DNA of 58,410 nucleotides from an uncultured Dehalococcoidales bacterium (GTDB lineage: Bacteria; Chloroflexota; Dehalococcoidia; GIF9; AB-539-J10): assembly GCA_964435965.1 (NCBI GenBank), contig CAYTBB010000003.1, positions 1 to 58,410 on the forward strand. The letters are read 5' to 3'. Numbering within the stretch: the stretch's first letter is position 1; each line of letters begins with the position of its first letter. The position numbers were made by a program, and so were the translations under genes. The notes under the pieces were generated by a model. That model saw only the letters and a list, made by a program, of their open reading frames with translations. It did not search any database and was not told the origin of the DNA. Below, in pieces: positions 1 to 11,469 of this stretch.

Positions 1-99
1 TCACTTGGCTATCTTGCCCCTGTGGAGTATATTGAAAGGGAACTTGCTAAGATCCGTAGTCCAGTGTTACCTATGTGGTCAGCCAGCACAAAGACTTGA
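1..99 (+). mobile_element. 3' end of IS481-like element (transposase C-terminus, right IR at 64-90)
   Basis: Frame 1 reads SLGYLAPVEYIERELAKIRSPVLPMWSASTKT*, resembling the (H)xSLGYxxP tail of IS481/IS3-type integrase cores. 64-90 GTGTTACCTATGTGGTCAGCCAGCACA matches the reverse complement of 58126-58153. Confidence 0.8.
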
Positions 100-124
100 C
101 AAAAAATTTTATTAATGTTAGATT
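96..124 (+). promoter_or_regulatory. sigma70-type promoter for rpoBC
   Basis: TTGACA (96-101), 17 bp spacer, TG-n-TAGATT extended -10 (119-124). Confidence 0.75.
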
Positions 125-269
125 GTGAGTTTGCATTATGTTTATTGCCCTTCCCATCCTTCTTGTTAGCTTTAAATTTTCCTCTAGTGAACATCTTACA
201 GTTTAAATGTCTTAGAAAGATTGGGTTTCACTTTTGTTTTGAGAAGGAAAGGTTACGGCTGTTTCGTTG

Positions 270-3200
270 ATGTCTAAGCACATGTTGGTGAAATCTTTTG
301 CTAAGTTGCCTGAGGTTGTAGAGGTACCTGACCTAATTCGAGTTCAACTTGATTCTTTTCATTGGTTTCAGGAAGAAGGTCTCAAGAAGCTATTTGAGGA
401 GATTTCGCCTATCCAGGATTATACTGGTACTAGGGTAGAGCTATATTTTTCCGATTATGAGTTTCGTGAGCCTGAGCATTCCATTGAAGAGTGCCTTGAG
501 CGAGGTATGACTTATTCCTCGCCTCTCCATGTTTTAGTTCGTTTAGTGGCTAAAGGGACAGGTGAGATTAAGCAACAGGAGTTATTTTTTGGCGATTTTC
601 CTTTGATGACAGACAAAGGCACTTTTATTATTTCTGGAGCGGAGCGGGTAGTAGTCAGCCAGTTGACCCGCTTTCCAGGCGTTTACTTTATTTTAGAGAA
701 GGATACTGTGGGGAAACAAGAGTTATGCTTTGCTAAGCTGGTTGCTGAGCGAGGGGCATGGCTAGATTTTGATACTTCCAGTCGTGATGTGCTTTCAGTT
801 AAAGTGAATGGGAAACGGAAAATACCTGTTACCACTTTGTTACGCGCTATAGGCTTTGGTAGCGATGATGCTTTATTAGCTCTTTTCCAAGACGTAGATG
901 ATGCTCCTGACCATTCTTTTATTCGGTCCACAATAGAGCGAGACCCTTTGATTAGGAGCAAAGCTGAAGCTTTAGTTGATGTTTATCGCAAATTATCCTC
1001 TGGTGAGCCTCCTAGCCTCGATAGTGCCCAAACATTGCTGAAGAATTTTCTATTCAATCCTCGGCGTTATAGCTTAGGCGAGGTTGGCCGCTACAAGCTT
1101 AATAAGAAGTTAGGGGTTAACGTCCCTAAGGATTATACTGGCTTAAAACCTGAGGATATAGTGCAGATAGTACGCCACATTATTTTGATTAATAATGGCA
1201 AAGAGACTCCTGATGATATTGACCACTTAGGCAATCGGCGAGCACATACTGTAGGTTTTCTGATACAAAAGCAATTTCGGATTGGGTTATTCCATTTAGA
1301 GAGAGCTATTAGAGAGCGGATGAGCATCCTTGGTCCTGAAGCAACTCCTTCTGCTTTGATCAATATTCGTCCTATAGTAGCTAGTATGAGGGATTTTTTT
1401 GGTCGGTCTCAATTATCACAGTTTATGGATCAAACTAATCCGTTAGCCGAACTGACTCATAAGCGTCGCCTATCTGCTACGGGTCCTGGTGGTCTCTCTA
1501 GGCGGCGGGCTGGCTTTGAAGTTCGTGATGTGCATCATTCCCATTACGGAAGAATTTGCCCCATAGAGACGCCTGAGGGTCCTAATATTGGTTTAATCGG
1601 CTCTCTAGCTACTTATGCTTCAATAAATAAATATGGTTTTGTGGAAACTCCATACCGCAGAGTTATCCATGAAGTTCCTAATGCTGTATCAGAGTTATTA
1701 GGGAGGACGATCCGAGAGGATATAGTGGATCATGAAGGCAGTCTTACAGCTAAGAACGGTACATTAGTTACAGAAGAGGTGGCGCAAAAGTTAGCTTCGC
1801 TTCCCGCGCAAACCATCAAGGTAGTCCCTTTCGTTTCTAGCCAGGTTGCTTATCTAACCGCTGATGAGGAAGACCAATATGCCATTGCTCAAGCTAAGGT
1901 TCCGCTAAATGAGAGGAATGAGTTTACTGAGGAGAAAATTGAGGTTAAGAAGGGAAGTAAGTATTTTAAGGAATCAGCAGACAAAATAGATTTCATGGAT
2001 GTTTCCCCGAAGCAGATATTCAGTATAGCTGCCTCGCTTATTCCATTTCTGGAGCATGATGATGCTAATCGCGCTTTAATGGGCTCGAATATGCAACGCC
2101 AGGCAGTACCGCTGCTACATCCTCGGGCTCCTTTAGTGGCCACGGGGATGGAGAGGGAAGTAGCTAAATACAGTGGCCAAGTGATATTTGCTCCCGAAGA
2201 TGGTGTAGTGACTTCCGCAACCAGCTCGCAAATTGTAATCGAGGATGAGAGGGGCAAAGATCATGTTTGTGGGCTAACTAAGTTCGTCAGAACTAACCAA
2301 GGAACATGCATTAACCAATATCCCGTAGTAAACAAAGGAGATAGGGTTAGAAAGGGTCAAGTCTTAGTAAACAGTACCGCAATCGATGATGGAGGACTTG
2401 CCTTGGGGCAGAATGTTATCTGTGCCTTTATGAGCTGGCGAGGATATAATTTCGAAGACGCCATTATCATCAGTGAAAGGCTGGTTAAAGACGATACCTA
2501 TACCTCTCTCCACATTGAGAAGTATCAAATAGAGGCGCGAGATACAAAGCTTGGACCGGAGGAAATCACCAGGGATATACCCAATGTAAGTGAGGAAAGC
2601 CTGAGTGATCTTGATGAGCAGGGCATTATCCGTATTGGTGCTGAGGTAAGCGCTGGCGATATCTTGGTAGGGAAGATTACCCCCAAAGGTGAGACTGAGC
2701 TTTCAGCGGAGGAGAAATTACTACGAGCTATTTTTGGGGAGAAGGTGCGTGAGGTGAAGGATAACTCTCTCAAGGTATCGCCTGGAGGGTGGGGGAGAGT
2801 GATTGATACAAGAGTCTTCTCCCGTGATAAGCATGATGAATTGCCGGCGGGAGTTAATAAGATTGTGCGAGTGTGGGTTGCCCAAAAACGCAAGATCTCA
2901 GTCGGTGATAAAGTATCAGGCAGGCATGGCAATAAAGGGGTTATCTCAATCATAGTGCCTGAGGAAGACATGCCATTTCTGCCTGATGGCACACCGGTGG
3001 ATATTATTCTTAATCCGCTGGGCGTTCCATCCCGTATGAATATTGGACAAGTCTTAGAGGCTCATTTGGGTTGGGCAGCCCATGTATTGGGTTTTAGAGC
3101 ACTTAATCCAGTTTTTGATGGAGCCGATGCCGTAGCTATTGAGGATGCTTTAGCTAGGGCCTGGATAGCTTGGGAAGCCGGCGCTGTCAGCCTTAACTCA

Positions 3201-3893
3201 GAAAAATCAATAGCAGCTAATCAGGAGAAGATCAAGACATGGCTAGCCCAGCATGGTTTTACTGCTGAGGAAATAATGGATGAAAAATATCGAGGAAGGG
3301 CTAAAAGAGCTTCCCTTTGTTTGTGGCTTGAGGGATTGGGCATGAATGTGCGAGATCTAGGTGACGAGGATTTGGAGCAGATGACAAAAAGATTTTATGA
3401 AGTGCGAAGGCTTTATCCCCCTATCTTTGGCAAAATGGAGCTTCGCGATGGAAGGACTGGCGAGTCCTTTGACCAACCAATAACCGTGGGCGATGTCTAC
3501 ATGATGAAGTTGCTACACCTTGTGGAAGATAAAGCGCATGCTCGCTCTACCGGTCCATATTCACTCATCACACAGCAGCCTTTGGGTGGGAAAGCTCAGT
3601 TTGGTGGTCAGCGTTTTGGTGAGATGGAGGTATGGGCGTTGGAAGGCTATGGTGCCGCACATATGCTTCAAGAAATGCTTACTGTAAAGTCGGATGATGT
3701 GATGGGTCGAGCCAAAACCTACGAGGCTATTATTAAAGGTGAAGACATCTATCAACTTGGTATCCCGGAGTCGTGTAAAGTTTTGTTTATGGAACTACGT
3801 AGCTTGGGTTTTGCTGTTGAGCTACTCAATGAGGATGAGGAGAAAATAAATCTCTTCGCCGAGGTAAAGCCAAGATTTAAAGCTAGGTTATGA
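270..3893 (+). CDS. rpoB: RNA polymerase beta subunit
   Basis: [24 protein letters not shown] and [13 protein letters not shown] motifs. ATG at 270 (ORF track opens at TTG 267). Confidence 0.99.
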   Translation: MSKHMLVKSFAKLPEVVEVPDLIRVQLDSFHWFQEEGLKKLFEEISPIQDYTGTRVELYFSDYEFREPEHSIEECLERGMTYSSPLHVLVRLVAKGTGEIKQQELFFGDFPLMTDKGTFIISGAERVVVSQLTRFPGVYFILEKDTVGKQELCFAKLVAERGAWLDFDTSSRDVLSVKVNGKRKIPVTTLLRAIGFGSDDALLALFQDVDDAPDHSFIRSTIERDPLIRSKAEALVDVYRKLSSGEPPSLDSAQTLLKNFLFNPRRYSLGEVGRYKLNKKLGVNVPKDYTGLKPEDIVQIVRHIILINNGKETPDDIDHLGNRRAHTVGFLIQKQFRIGLFHLERAIRERMSILGPEATPSALINIRPIVASMRDFFGRSQLSQFMDQTNPLAELTHKRRLSATGPGGLSRRRAGFEVRDVHHSHYGRICPIETPEGPNIGLIGSLATYASINKYGFVETPYRRVIHEVPNAVSELLGRTIREDIVDHEGSLTAKNGTLVTEEVAQKLASLPAQTIKVVPFVSSQVAYLTADEEDQYAIAQAKVPLNERNEFTEEKIEVKKGSKYFKESADKIDFMDVSPKQIFSIAASLIPFLEHDDANRALMGSNMQRQAVPLLHPRAPLVATGMEREVAKYSGQVIFAPEDGVVTSATSSQIVIEDERGKDHVCGLTKFVRTNQGTCINQYPVVNKGDRVRKGQVLVNSTAIDDGGLALGQNVICAFMSWRGYNFEDAIIISERLVKDDTYTSLHIEKYQIEARDTKLGPEEITRDIPNVSEESLSDLDEQGIIRIGAEVSAGDILVGKITPKGETELSAEEKLLRAIFGEKVREVKDNSLKVSPGGWGRVIDTRVFSRDKHDELPAGVNKIVRVWVAQKRKISVGDKVSGRHGNKGVISIIVPEEDMPFLPDGTPVDIILNPLGVPSRMNIGQVLEAHLGWAAHVLGFRALNPVFDGADAVAIEDALARAWIAWEAGAVSLNSEKSIAANQEKIKTWLAQHGFTAEEIMDEKYRGRAKRASLCLWLEGLGMNVRDLGDEDLEQMTKRFYEVRRLYPPIFGKMELRDGRTGESFDQPITVGDVYMMKLLHLVEDKAHARSTGPYSLITQQPLGGKAQFGGQRFGEMEVWALEGYGAAHMLQEMLTVKSDDVMGRAKTYEAIIKGEDIYQLGIPESCKVLFMELRSLGFAVELLNEDEEKINLFAEVKPRFKARL

Positions 3894-3903
3894 GTATAGA
3901 GGT

Positions 3904-3942
3904 GACCCTCGCTACTCAATCCTTTATCTGGCGAGGGACGTG
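3904..3942. repeat. Short hairpin repeat, copy A (rpoB-rpoC spacer)
   Basis: CCCTCGC...GCGAGGG stem. Core CCTTTATCTGGCGAGGGACGTG is shared with 7811-7843 and 7933-7972. Confidence 0.7.
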
Positions 3943-3957
3943 AGGTGATAAACAAAG

Positions 3958-6900
3958 ATGGTTCAATTTGACGAGCTGAGTGGTATAGGAATAAGTCTTG
4001 CCTCACCGGATCAAATCAGGAGTTGGTCTCATGGTGAGGTGACTAAAGCGGAGACGATAAATTATCGTACTTTGAAGCCGGAAAGAGACGGTCTCTTTTG
4101 TGAGAGGATCTTTGGTCCTACCAAGGACTTCGAGTGTCATTGTGGCAAATACAAAAAAGTAAGATACAAAGGCGTTATTTGCGATAAATGTGGAGTTGAG
4201 GTAGCTCATTCCAGCGTACGCAGGGAGCGTATGGGGCATATCGAGTTAGCTGCTCCAGTGGCTCATATTTGGTTTGTCAAATTGGTGCCTAGTCGGCTTG
4301 GCCTTCTTCTCAATCTCTCTCCGCGAAACTTAGAATCGGTCATCTATTTTGCCCGATATATCATTACCTCAGTCAATGAGGAAGCTCGCCAAGAGAAGTT
4401 TCATCAGCTTGAGGAAGAAACGTCTCGAAGGATTGCTGAAGAGGAGGAGCGTGTAAACAGGGAAGTTGAAGAATTGCAGGTTAAAGCTGAAGTGGATGAG
4501 GAGACTATAGTGAAGGAAGTGAATCAGCTCCGTGCTAAATTTGCAGAGCGGAAAACGAGACTTGAAGCGGAACTGAAGGTAAAAAAGGGAGAGATAGAAA
4601 ATCTTAAGCCATTAAAGTTGCTTAGTGAGGAGGGATACCAAGAGCTTAAGGATAAATATGGTGATATTTTTGAAGCTGGTATGGGTGCTGAAGCTATTCT
4701 AGGGATTCTGAAGAAAATTGATATAGAGAAATTACACCAGGAACTCCTTGAAGAAATGCGCACCGCCTCTGGGCAGTACCATAAGAAGATTAGCAAAAGG
4801 TTACAATTAGTCAAAGCCTTCAGGCTTAGTGGAAACAAACCTGAATGGGTGATTTTAACTGTGCTTCCAGTACTACCACCGGCACTACGTCCTGTAGTCC
4901 AGCTAGATGGCGGTCGTTTCGTTATTAGTGACCTTAATGACCTTTATCGGCGTGTCATTAACCGTAATAATCGTCTCCGTCGTCTTATAGGGTTAGGAGC
5001 CCCCGAGGTCATTATTCATAATGAAAAACGTATGCTGCAGGAAGCTGTTGATGCCCTCATTGATAATGGACGAAGAGGGCGTGCAGTTACCACTGGTAAT
5101 AATCATGTTTTGAAATCCCTCTCAGCTATGTTGAAGGGGAAGCAGGGGCGGTTTCGGCAAAATCTCTTGGGCAAGCGAGTAGACTACAGTGGTCGGTCGG
5201 TCATTGTTGTTTGTCCCGATCTTAAGCTTCATCAATGTGGTTTGCCACGGCATATAGCCTTAGAGTTATTCAAACCTTTCGTTATGCATAAGCTTATGGA
5301 GAAGGGTTATGCTAACAATGTCAAGATTGCTCGGCGCCAAGTGGAGAGAGCCAGTCCTGAGGTTTGGGATTTACTTAGCGAAGTGGTTAAAGAACGCCCA
5401 GTATTGCTTAATCGTGCCCCTACATTACATCGGTTGAGCATTCAAGCCTTTGAGCCTGTCTTAATTGATGGGAATGCCTTTCAACTTCATCCCTTGGTTT
5501 GTGCTGCCTTTAATGCTGATTTTGATGGTGATCAGATGGCGGTTCATGTACCCTTATCCAAGATGGCAGTGAGGGAAGCAAGAGAGCAGATGCTCAGCCC
5601 CTACAATATGTTGCTACCAAGTTGTGGTGAGCCGGTAACAGTGCCCAGCCTTGATATGGTGTTTGGTTGCTATTATCTTACTGTCATTAAGACCGGGGCT
5701 AGAGGAGAAGGGAAAATCTTCAGCAATTTCGATGAGGCCAAACTAGCTTACGAATTGGGCATAATTGATCTTTGTGCCGAGATCGAGGTGCAAGGTGGTG
5801 ATAAGCAAGGAGAGCGGATAAAGACTACAGTGGGACGGATTTTATTCAACGATGCTTTGCCCCCGCAGCTTCGTTTTTACAATGAAGCAGCAGATAAAGC
5901 TGCCTTGAGGACTCTGGTATCTGATTGCATTCGTTTATTAGGCAATGAAACTACTGCTGCTGTCCTTGACAAGCTTAAGCAATTAGGCTTCTCCTATGCC
6001 ACGAAGTCAGGGATTTCTATTGCCATGAACGATATAATAGAGCCCCCGGGAAAAGCTAAGCTTCTTAAGGAGGCTGATGAGCTAGTTAGGATGGCTGAAG
6101 ATCAATTTAACCATGGCTTTATTACTGAGGACGAACGTTATGAGAGTGTAGTTCAAGTATGGATGGAGACCACAGATAAAGTTACTGAGGATGTATCTCA
6201 ATCCTTAGACCGCTATGGTGGAATCTACATGATGGCTACATCGGGAGCAAAGGGTAATATCTCCCAGATTAGGCAGGTGGCAGGGATGCGCGGATTGATG
6301 ACTGATCCGTCAGGCAAGATAATAGACTTTCCTATTAGGTCAAGCTTCCGAGATGGGCTGTCCCCTATGGAATATTTTATTTCTACCCATGGTGCTCGCA
6401 AAGGATTGGCTGATACCGCCTTGAGGACGTCAGATAGCGGTTATCTTACTCGGCGTCTCATAGATGTGGCCCAAAATGTCATTGTAGCTGAGAGGGATTG
6501 TGGCACCACTGAAGGAGTTTGGATATCAGGGGAGGATAGGGAAGGCTCTTTGCCTTCGTTGGGTGAACGGATTATTGGCTATCTAGCAGCAAGTCAAATT
6601 GTCGACCCAGCTACGGGCAAGGTTATTGTTGATCGCGATGAAGAAATCGATGAGGAAAGGGTGAAACGAATTATCAAGGCTGGCATCAATCAAGTATATG
6701 TGAGGTCACCCCTTAGCTGTCACTCTCGATTTGGAATTTGTCAGTGCTGCTATGGTAGGGATCTATCTAGAGGACGGTTAGTAAATCTTGGTACTGCCGT
6801 AGGCATTATTGCCGCTCAAAGCATTGGCGAACCGGGCACTCAGCTTACCTTGCGTACTTTCCATACAGGTGGTGTAGTTGGTACTGATATCACCAGTGGG

Positions 6901-7902
6901 CTGCCTCGGGTAGAGGAACTTTTTGAAGCTAGAATACCGAAGGGTAGTGCCATTATTTCTGAAATTGACGGCACTGTTGAGGTAATTGATACAGATGAGG
7001 GAAACAAGGTCAGGATTACTAGCTCTGAATTTTGTTTTGATGAATATGAATTGCCATTAGGGGTGGAGGTGGTTGTGAGTAACAGGCAATTAGTTGATGT
7101 TGGCACTATCCTGCTTCACCCTGTCCCTCTTTCAGAGGAGTCTGAGGAAAGGGATACGCAGTTGCCGGCAATAGCTGAACAACGACCTATAGTGGCTAGA
7201 GTTGCTGGTGAAGTCGTTATTGAAGATGGCCTTTTTTACATCAAATATGAGGAAAGGGAGGAAAGAGAATACATTGTTCCACATGACACAAGGCTACTTG
7301 TTAAAACAGGGAGCAAGGTTAAAGCCGGTGAACAACTTACTGAAGGGGTCATTGACCCACATGATATCTTACAAATTATGGGGAAAGAAGCAGTACAGAG
7401 GCATTTAATCGATGAAATACAAAAAGTATATCGCTCTCAAGGGGTGAACATACATGATAAGCATATTGCTATCATCGCTTCTGAGATGTTGAGAAAAGTG
7501 GGAATTATTTCCTCGGGTGATACAGAGTTCCTGTCGGGCGAATTAATTGACCGCTTTGATTATGAAGAGGTAAATGCCAGGGTACTAGCTGAGGGGGGTG
7601 AGCCAGCAACGGCACAAGCTGTTCTTTTGGGAATAACTAGAACTGGCTTAAGCCAGGATAGCTGGTTAGCTGCTGCTTCTTTCCAAGAGACTGGGCGAGT
7701 GCTTACTGATGCAGCGACCAAAGGCAAGGTAGATAAACTTCGTGGACTTAAGGAAAATGTTATTCTTGGCAAGCTCATTTCAGCTCGAGTTCTGGATGAG
7801 AGTGAAGGAAGTCCCTCCTATCCCTTATCTGGTGAGGGACATGAGAAAACTAAGACGACAAGCTTGCAGATAGATACCCAGATTACCCCCCAACAACAAT
7901 AA
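3958..7902 (+). CDS. rpoC: RNA polymerase beta' subunit
   Basis: NADFDGD catalytic motif, N-terminal Zn-finger cysteines, GEPGTQLT. Confidence 0.99.
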   Translation: MVQFDELSGIGISLASPDQIRSWSHGEVTKAETINYRTLKPERDGLFCERIFGPTKDFECHCGKYKKVRYKGVICDKCGVEVAHSSVRRERMGHIELAAPVAHIWFVKLVPSRLGLLLNLSPRNLESVIYFARYIITSVNEEARQEKFHQLEEETSRRIAEEEERVNREVEELQVKAEVDEETIVKEVNQLRAKFAERKTRLEAELKVKKGEIENLKPLKLLSEEGYQELKDKYGDIFEAGMGAEAILGILKKIDIEKLHQELLEEMRTASGQYHKKISKRLQLVKAFRLSGNKPEWVILTVLPVLPPALRPVVQLDGGRFVISDLNDLYRRVINRNNRLRRLIGLGAPEVIIHNEKRMLQEAVDALIDNGRRGRAVTTGNNHVLKSLSAMLKGKQGRFRQNLLGKRVDYSGRSVIVVCPDLKLHQCGLPRHIALELFKPFVMHKLMEKGYANNVKIARRQVERASPEVWDLLSEVVKERPVLLNRAPTLHRLSIQAFEPVLIDGNAFQLHPLVCAAFNADFDGDQMAVHVPLSKMAVREAREQMLSPYNMLLPSCGEPVTVPSLDMVFGCYYLTVIKTGARGEGKIFSNFDEAKLAYELGIIDLCAEIEVQGGDKQGERIKTTVGRILFNDALPPQLRFYNEAADKAALRTLVSDCIRLLGNETTAAVLDKLKQLGFSYATKSGISIAMNDIIEPPGKAKLLKEADELVRMAEDQFNHGFITEDERYESVVQVWMETTDKVTEDVSQSLDRYGGIYMMATSGAKGNISQIRQVAGMRGLMTDPSGKIIDFPIRSSFRDGLSPMEYFISTHGARKGLADTALRTSDSGYLTRRLIDVAQNVIVAERDCGTTEGVWISGEDREGSLPSLGERIIGYLAASQIVDPATGKVIVDRDEEIDEERVKRIIKAGINQVYVRSPLSCHSRFGICQCCYGRDLSRGRLVNLGTAVGIIAAQSIGEPGTQLTLRTFHTGGVVGTDITSGLPRVEELFEARIPKGSAIISEIDGTVEVIDTDEGNKVRITSSEFCFDEYELPLGVEVVVSNRQLVDVGTILLHPVPLSEESEERDTQLPAIAEQRPIVARVAGEVVIEDGLFYIKYEEREEREYIVPHDTRLLVKTGSKVKAGEQLTEGVIDPHDILQIMGKEAVQRHLIDEIQKVYRSQGVNIHDKHIAIIASEMLRKVGIISSGDTEFLSGELIDRFDYEEVNARVLAEGGEPATAQAVLLGITRTGLSQDSWLAAASFQETGRVLTDAATKGKVDKLRGLKENVILGKLISARVLDESEGSPSYPLSGEGHEKTKTTSLQIDTQITPQQQ
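7811..7843. repeat. Short hairpin repeat, copy B (in rpoC C-terminal tail)
   Basis: GTCCCTC...GAGGGAC stem. Core CCCTTATCTGGTGAGGGACATG. Confidence 0.7.
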
Positions 7903-7914
7903 AGGAAAGGCATT

Positions 7915-9009
7915 ATGTCAGATGTTCAAGGGATGTCCTCGTCACACCCCCTTTTATCTGACGAGGGACGTGTGGTTTCTGGCAAACCGGCTAGTGAGGA
8001 TATACCTATCGATTTAAACCTTCGCCCCAAGCGCCTCAGTGAATTTGTAGGTCAAGAAAAAGTTAAGGAGAACTTGAAAATAGCTATTGCCGCTGCTCAG
8101 AAAAGGCAAGAGTCTCTAGATCATACCCTCCTCTATGGGCCTCCTGGTTTAGGAAAGACTACCCTTGCCTACATCATTGCTGCTGAGATGGGGGTCAATA
8201 TTAAAGTTAGTTCAGGGCCGGCGATAGAACGCCCCGGAGATTTGGCCGCTATTCTAACTAACCTGTGCGAGGGCGATATTCTTTTCCTTGATGAGGTTCA
8301 TCGGCTTAGTCGCATCATAGAAGAGAAGCTCTATCCAGCAATGGAGGACTTCGTTTTTGATATCTTTCTGGGTAAAGGTCCAGCAGCTAGGAGTTTGCGC
8401 TTGAATTTGCCCCATTTCACCTTAATTGGAGCCACCACTCGCTTCGCCTTATTGAGTCCCCCGCTTCGCGACAGATTTGGAGCGATATATCACCTTGATT
8501 TCTATGATAAGTCAGCGATAGAGATGATTCTAAAGCGCTCTTCAGCCATTCTTAAGGTGCCAGTGGAGGGGGAGGGGCTTGTTCAAGTTGCTCGGCGTGC
8601 TAGAGGCACGCCACGGGTGGCTAATCGTCTCCTAAAGCGACTGCGGGATTATGCTCAGGTCATAGCGAACGGGGTGATTACTAGGGAAGTAGCTCTGGAG
8701 GGGCTTTCAAAACTCGAGATAGACTCTGTAGGCTTGGACGATGTGGATCGCAGGGTGCTCCATACAATAATTGATAAATTTGATGGTGGACCTGTAGGTC
8801 TAGATACCATCGCTGCCTCTATTAGTGAAGAGGCTGATACTATTATGGATGTTTACGAACCCTATCTTCTTCAATTAGGCTTTTTGGACCGTACACCCCG
8901 GGGTAGAGCAGCTACGAGGCTTGCTTACGAACACTTGGGTTTGCCTTATAGAAAGGTTTGTCAACCTCAAGTGGGTCTGTGGAACCACGAGCAAGCTCAG
9001 AATTTGTAG
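7915..9009 (+). CDS. ruvB: Holliday junction branch migration helicase RuvB
   Basis: [37 protein letters not shown] motifs. Confidence 0.98.
   Translation: MSDVQGMSSSHPLLSDEGRVVSGKPASEDIPIDLNLRPKRLSEFVGQEKVKENLKIAIAAAQKRQESLDHTLLYGPPGLGKTTLAYIIAAEMGVNIKVSSGPAIERPGDLAAILTNLCEGDILFLDEVHRLSRIIEEKLYPAMEDFVFDIFLGKGPAARSLRLNLPHFTLIGATTRFALLSPPLRDRFGAIYHLDFYDKSAIEMILKRSSAILKVPVEGEGLVQVARRARGTPRVANRLLKRLRDYAQVIANGVITREVALEGLSKLEIDSVGLDDVDRRVLHTIIDKFDGGPVGLDTIAASISEEADTIMDVYEPYLLQLGFLDRTPRGRAATRLAYEHLGLPYRKVCQPQVGLWNHEQAQNL
7933..7972. repeat. Short hairpin repeat, copy C (in ruvB N-terminus)
   Basis: GTCCTCGTCA...TGACGAGGGAC stem. Core CTTTTATCTGACGAGGGACGTG. Confidence 0.7.
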
Positions 9010-9037
9010 CTATGACCTGGCTTGCAGCCAGGCTGGG

Positions 9038-9895
9038 CTAGTGAGAGCGAATAAAGAGTAATATCAGCCAACCCCAGAAACCAATATTTCCTCTGTTTAC
9101 TAGAGTTACTGAAACCAGGATTACGCTTGGCGGAATTAACAAAGTAGCAGCTTTGCACCACCTCTGCCTTACACGAGCGTATGCAAAGGTTGCCACAGCC
9201 AAAACAAGGAAACTAACAACTATCCAGGGAATAGCTGGTTGCAATCGTGCTGACAGCATGTTGCTTGGCAAGGACTCATTTATGCCTAGGGCTAATGACC
9301 AACTGAATACTATTGGAAGTGGGGCTAGCATTAACGAAACATAAAGCCAATCGCGACTTGCAGTTTGTTTCATTATGTAGGCAAAGGCAAATAGAGCTAA
9401 AGGAAAGTAAGCAAGTGTCGCTAACCAAACCCAGCTATGAGGCAAGTAAATTAATAGCATACCAGTAATTATTACTGGAAGTAGATAATATCCTAACCAG
9501 GGGAAAAACCACATTGGTTTGTTATGACACCAGCCATAAATTACTATACAAGTAACCGCTACTAATATGATTGATAAGCAGATGATGTTTTGCCAATAGT
9601 ATGAAGCAAAAAAAAGCAAGGCAACCAGCAAATGAGGCAAGGCAGCGAAAAAAGCCTCTTGCCACGTACCCTGACTATGGACTTCGTAGATTTGCTGAGC
9701 GATTAATTGAGGGGAGCCGAAGGATTCTGTGGCGATGTTATTTGCCTCATCCTCACTAAGCCCGATTTCCCTTAGCTCTTGGCTTTTATCCTCGAGGTGT
9801 GTGCGAAGTTCACGAGTCACACTCGCCTTAACTGCCGAATCGCACTTGAGGCAGATTTTAATACTATCCAGGTAATCCCTTAAATTGTTTGCCAT
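9038..9895 (-). CDS. Membrane protein with N-terminal HAAS / permease-prefix domain
   Basis: YLDSI...RELRTHLED...GLSEDEA...FGSPQLIA pattern followed by several TM helices. Directly downstream of a PadR gene. Confidence 0.8.
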   Translation of the reverse strand: MANNLRDYLDSIKICLKCDSAVKASVTRELRTHLEDKSQELREIGLSEDEANNIATESFGSPQLIAQQIYEVHSQGTWQEAFFAALPHLLVALLFFASYYWQNIICLSIILVAVTCIVIYGWCHNKPMWFFPWLGYYLLPVIITGMLLIYLPHSWVWLATLAYFPLALFAFAYIMKQTASRDWLYVSLMLAPLPIVFSWSLALGINESLPSNMLSARLQPAIPWIVVSFLVLAVATFAYARVRQRWCKAATLLIPPSVILVSVTLVNRGNIGFWGWLILLFIRSH

Positions 9896-9902
9896 CGTGG
9901 TG

Positions 9903-10238
9903 CTAAGTTGTTGCTGGTTGTGTAACTAATCTAACCGCGGTAGAGAAATCTTGCCACACAGCCAGCCTTTTGGCTAAAACTTGCTTTCCCCTTTTAGTTA
10001 TATGGTAATACCGTCTTTGTTGCCCATTAGGTAGCATTTGCCATTCGCCCTTAATAAGCTGCTCCTTCTCCATGCGGTGGAGAGCAGGATACAAAGTCCC
10101 TTCTTTGAAGCGGAAATATCCGTTGCTCCTCTTCTCCAATTCCTTTATGATTTGATAACCGTATGTGGGTTGATTGTTGATTAAACAAAGAAGTAAGCAA
10201 TCAGTATTCCCTTTGAGCAACTCGCGTCCGTAATGCAT
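9903..10238 (-). CDS. PadR-family transcriptional regulator
   Basis: ELLKG, YGYQIIKEL, EGTLYPALHRME, RRYYHIT motifs. Likely ATG at 10238. Confidence 0.95.
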   Translation of the reverse strand: MHYGRELLKGNTDCLLLCLINNQPTYGYQIIKELEKRSNGYFRFKEGTLYPALHRMEKEQLIKGEWQMLPNGQQRRYYHITKRGKQVLAKRLAVWQDFSTAVRLVTQPATT

Positions 10239-10390
10239 TATCTGGTACCCCCAGCTATATTCTGAATTTCTTCTTACTATAGCTGAGGATACTTCCACTG
10301 TCAATGGCAGCTGTAATAGCTTCGCTTGCTAAAAGTGACTCCCAACCGCTAAAATGTTAGCTAGTTTACTTTGGAGTAAGTAACTGTGCC

Positions 10391-11152
10391 ATGAAAGATT
10401 ATTATTCTATTCTTGGTATGCCTGAAGGGGCTAGCGAAGAGGAGATAAAGCATGCCTTCAGAAGGCTTGCTATGAAATACCACCCCGATAGAAACTTGGG
10501 AAACGAGGAGTGGGCTGGAGAAAAATTCAAGGATATCAATGAAGCTTATGCCGTATTGGGTGATGGTGGGAAGAGACGGGAATATGATAGGATGAGACGG
10601 GCTGGTTTTGTTGGAGTTGGATATGGTCCTCAATACACCGGTGGGCGATATTATACTCAGGAGCAGGTGTTCAGGGACGCATTTACCAATCCATATTTGT
10701 TTCAGGAGTTCGTGAGGATGTTTCAAGGAGCAGGTTTGAGGTTCGATGAGGGATTTGTGGACAATATGTTCTTTGGCGGCAGAGGATTCACCTTTGTTTT
10801 CTCTGGCCAGCCAGGTTGGAGAGGTCAGCGGTCTCCTTCTACAGAATATAAACCATCCCTCTTTTTGCGGCTAATAGGCAAGGTAATGAAATTTGCCCTT
10901 AAAAGAATGCTGAGCGTGGAGAGCATTCCTTATCAAGGAACAGATTTATATCATGAGATTGCCCTTTCTCAAAAGGAAGCCGCTGCTGGGGTGGAGAAGA
11001 AGATTAAATACCAAAGAGGCAAGGAAAAGAAAAAGCTTGCGGTCAAGGTGCCAGCAGGTGTTACAGATGGGGCAAAGGTAAGGTTGAAAGGAATGGGATT
11101 GAAAGGAGGAAATCCTGGCGACCTCTATCTCACCGTCAGGATTGAAAATTAG
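10391..11152 (+). CDS. DnaJ/CbpA-like J-domain co-chaperone (no Zn finger)
   Basis: [11 protein letters not shown] motif, G/F-rich linker, C-terminal VKVPAGV...GDLYL. Confidence 0.9.
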   Translation: MKDYYSILGMPEGASEEEIKHAFRRLAMKYHPDRNLGNEEWAGEKFKDINEAYAVLGDGGKRREYDRMRRAGFVGVGYGPQYTGGRYYTQEQVFRDAFTNPYLFQEFVRMFQGAGLRFDEGFVDNMFFGGRGFTFVFSGQPGWRGQRSPSTEYKPSLFLRLIGKVMKFALKRMLSVESIPYQGTDLYHEIALSQKEAAAGVEKKIKYQRGKEKKKLAVKVPAGVTDGAKVRLKGMGLKGGNPGDLYLTVRIEN

Positions 11153-11157
11153 CAAAC

Positions 11158-11469
11158 ATGGGTGCCTTTGAAGATTTTGTCGCTATAATCAGGAAAACAC
11201 AAACTATGCAGGCTCTCGTTGAAAGCCTTGATGAGGAACCAGCCAAGCTTTTAGGCTCTATTTGCCGGGAATATGAAGCCACCAGTAGAGCTGTCCCTGA
11301 CCACCATCTTCATTTAGCGGGATATTTTGGGGAGGCAATGCTGAGGGCATTGGTATCAGCAAATCTAGTTACTAAGGAGCCAGGAGATAGGTTTTACCTT
11401 TATGGCTATAAGCCGACGGAAGCGGGGCTTAAGTACTACAAAGATATGCTTGATGAGAAGAGAATCTAG
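11158..11469 (+). CDS. Hypothetical protein, possible winged-helix fold
   Basis: Tightly packed between the dnaJ-like gene and tatD. C-terminal YKPTEAG wing-like pattern. Confidence 0.65.
   Translation: MGAFEDFVAIIRKTQTMQALVESLDEEPAKLLGSICREYEATSRAVPDHHLHLAGYFGEAMLRALVSANLVTKEPGDRFYLYGYKPTEAGLKYYKDMLDEKRI

Noticed and set aside
7120-7160. Possible fourth copy of the rpoC/ruvB hairpin repeat
   Set aside because: It forms a weak hairpin but lacks the TTATCTG..GAGGGAC core.
683-7778. Many short antisense and alternate-frame ORFs within rpoB/rpoC, and similar ones in other core genes
   Set aside because: They are shadows of long conserved genes, with no RBS or recognisable motifs.
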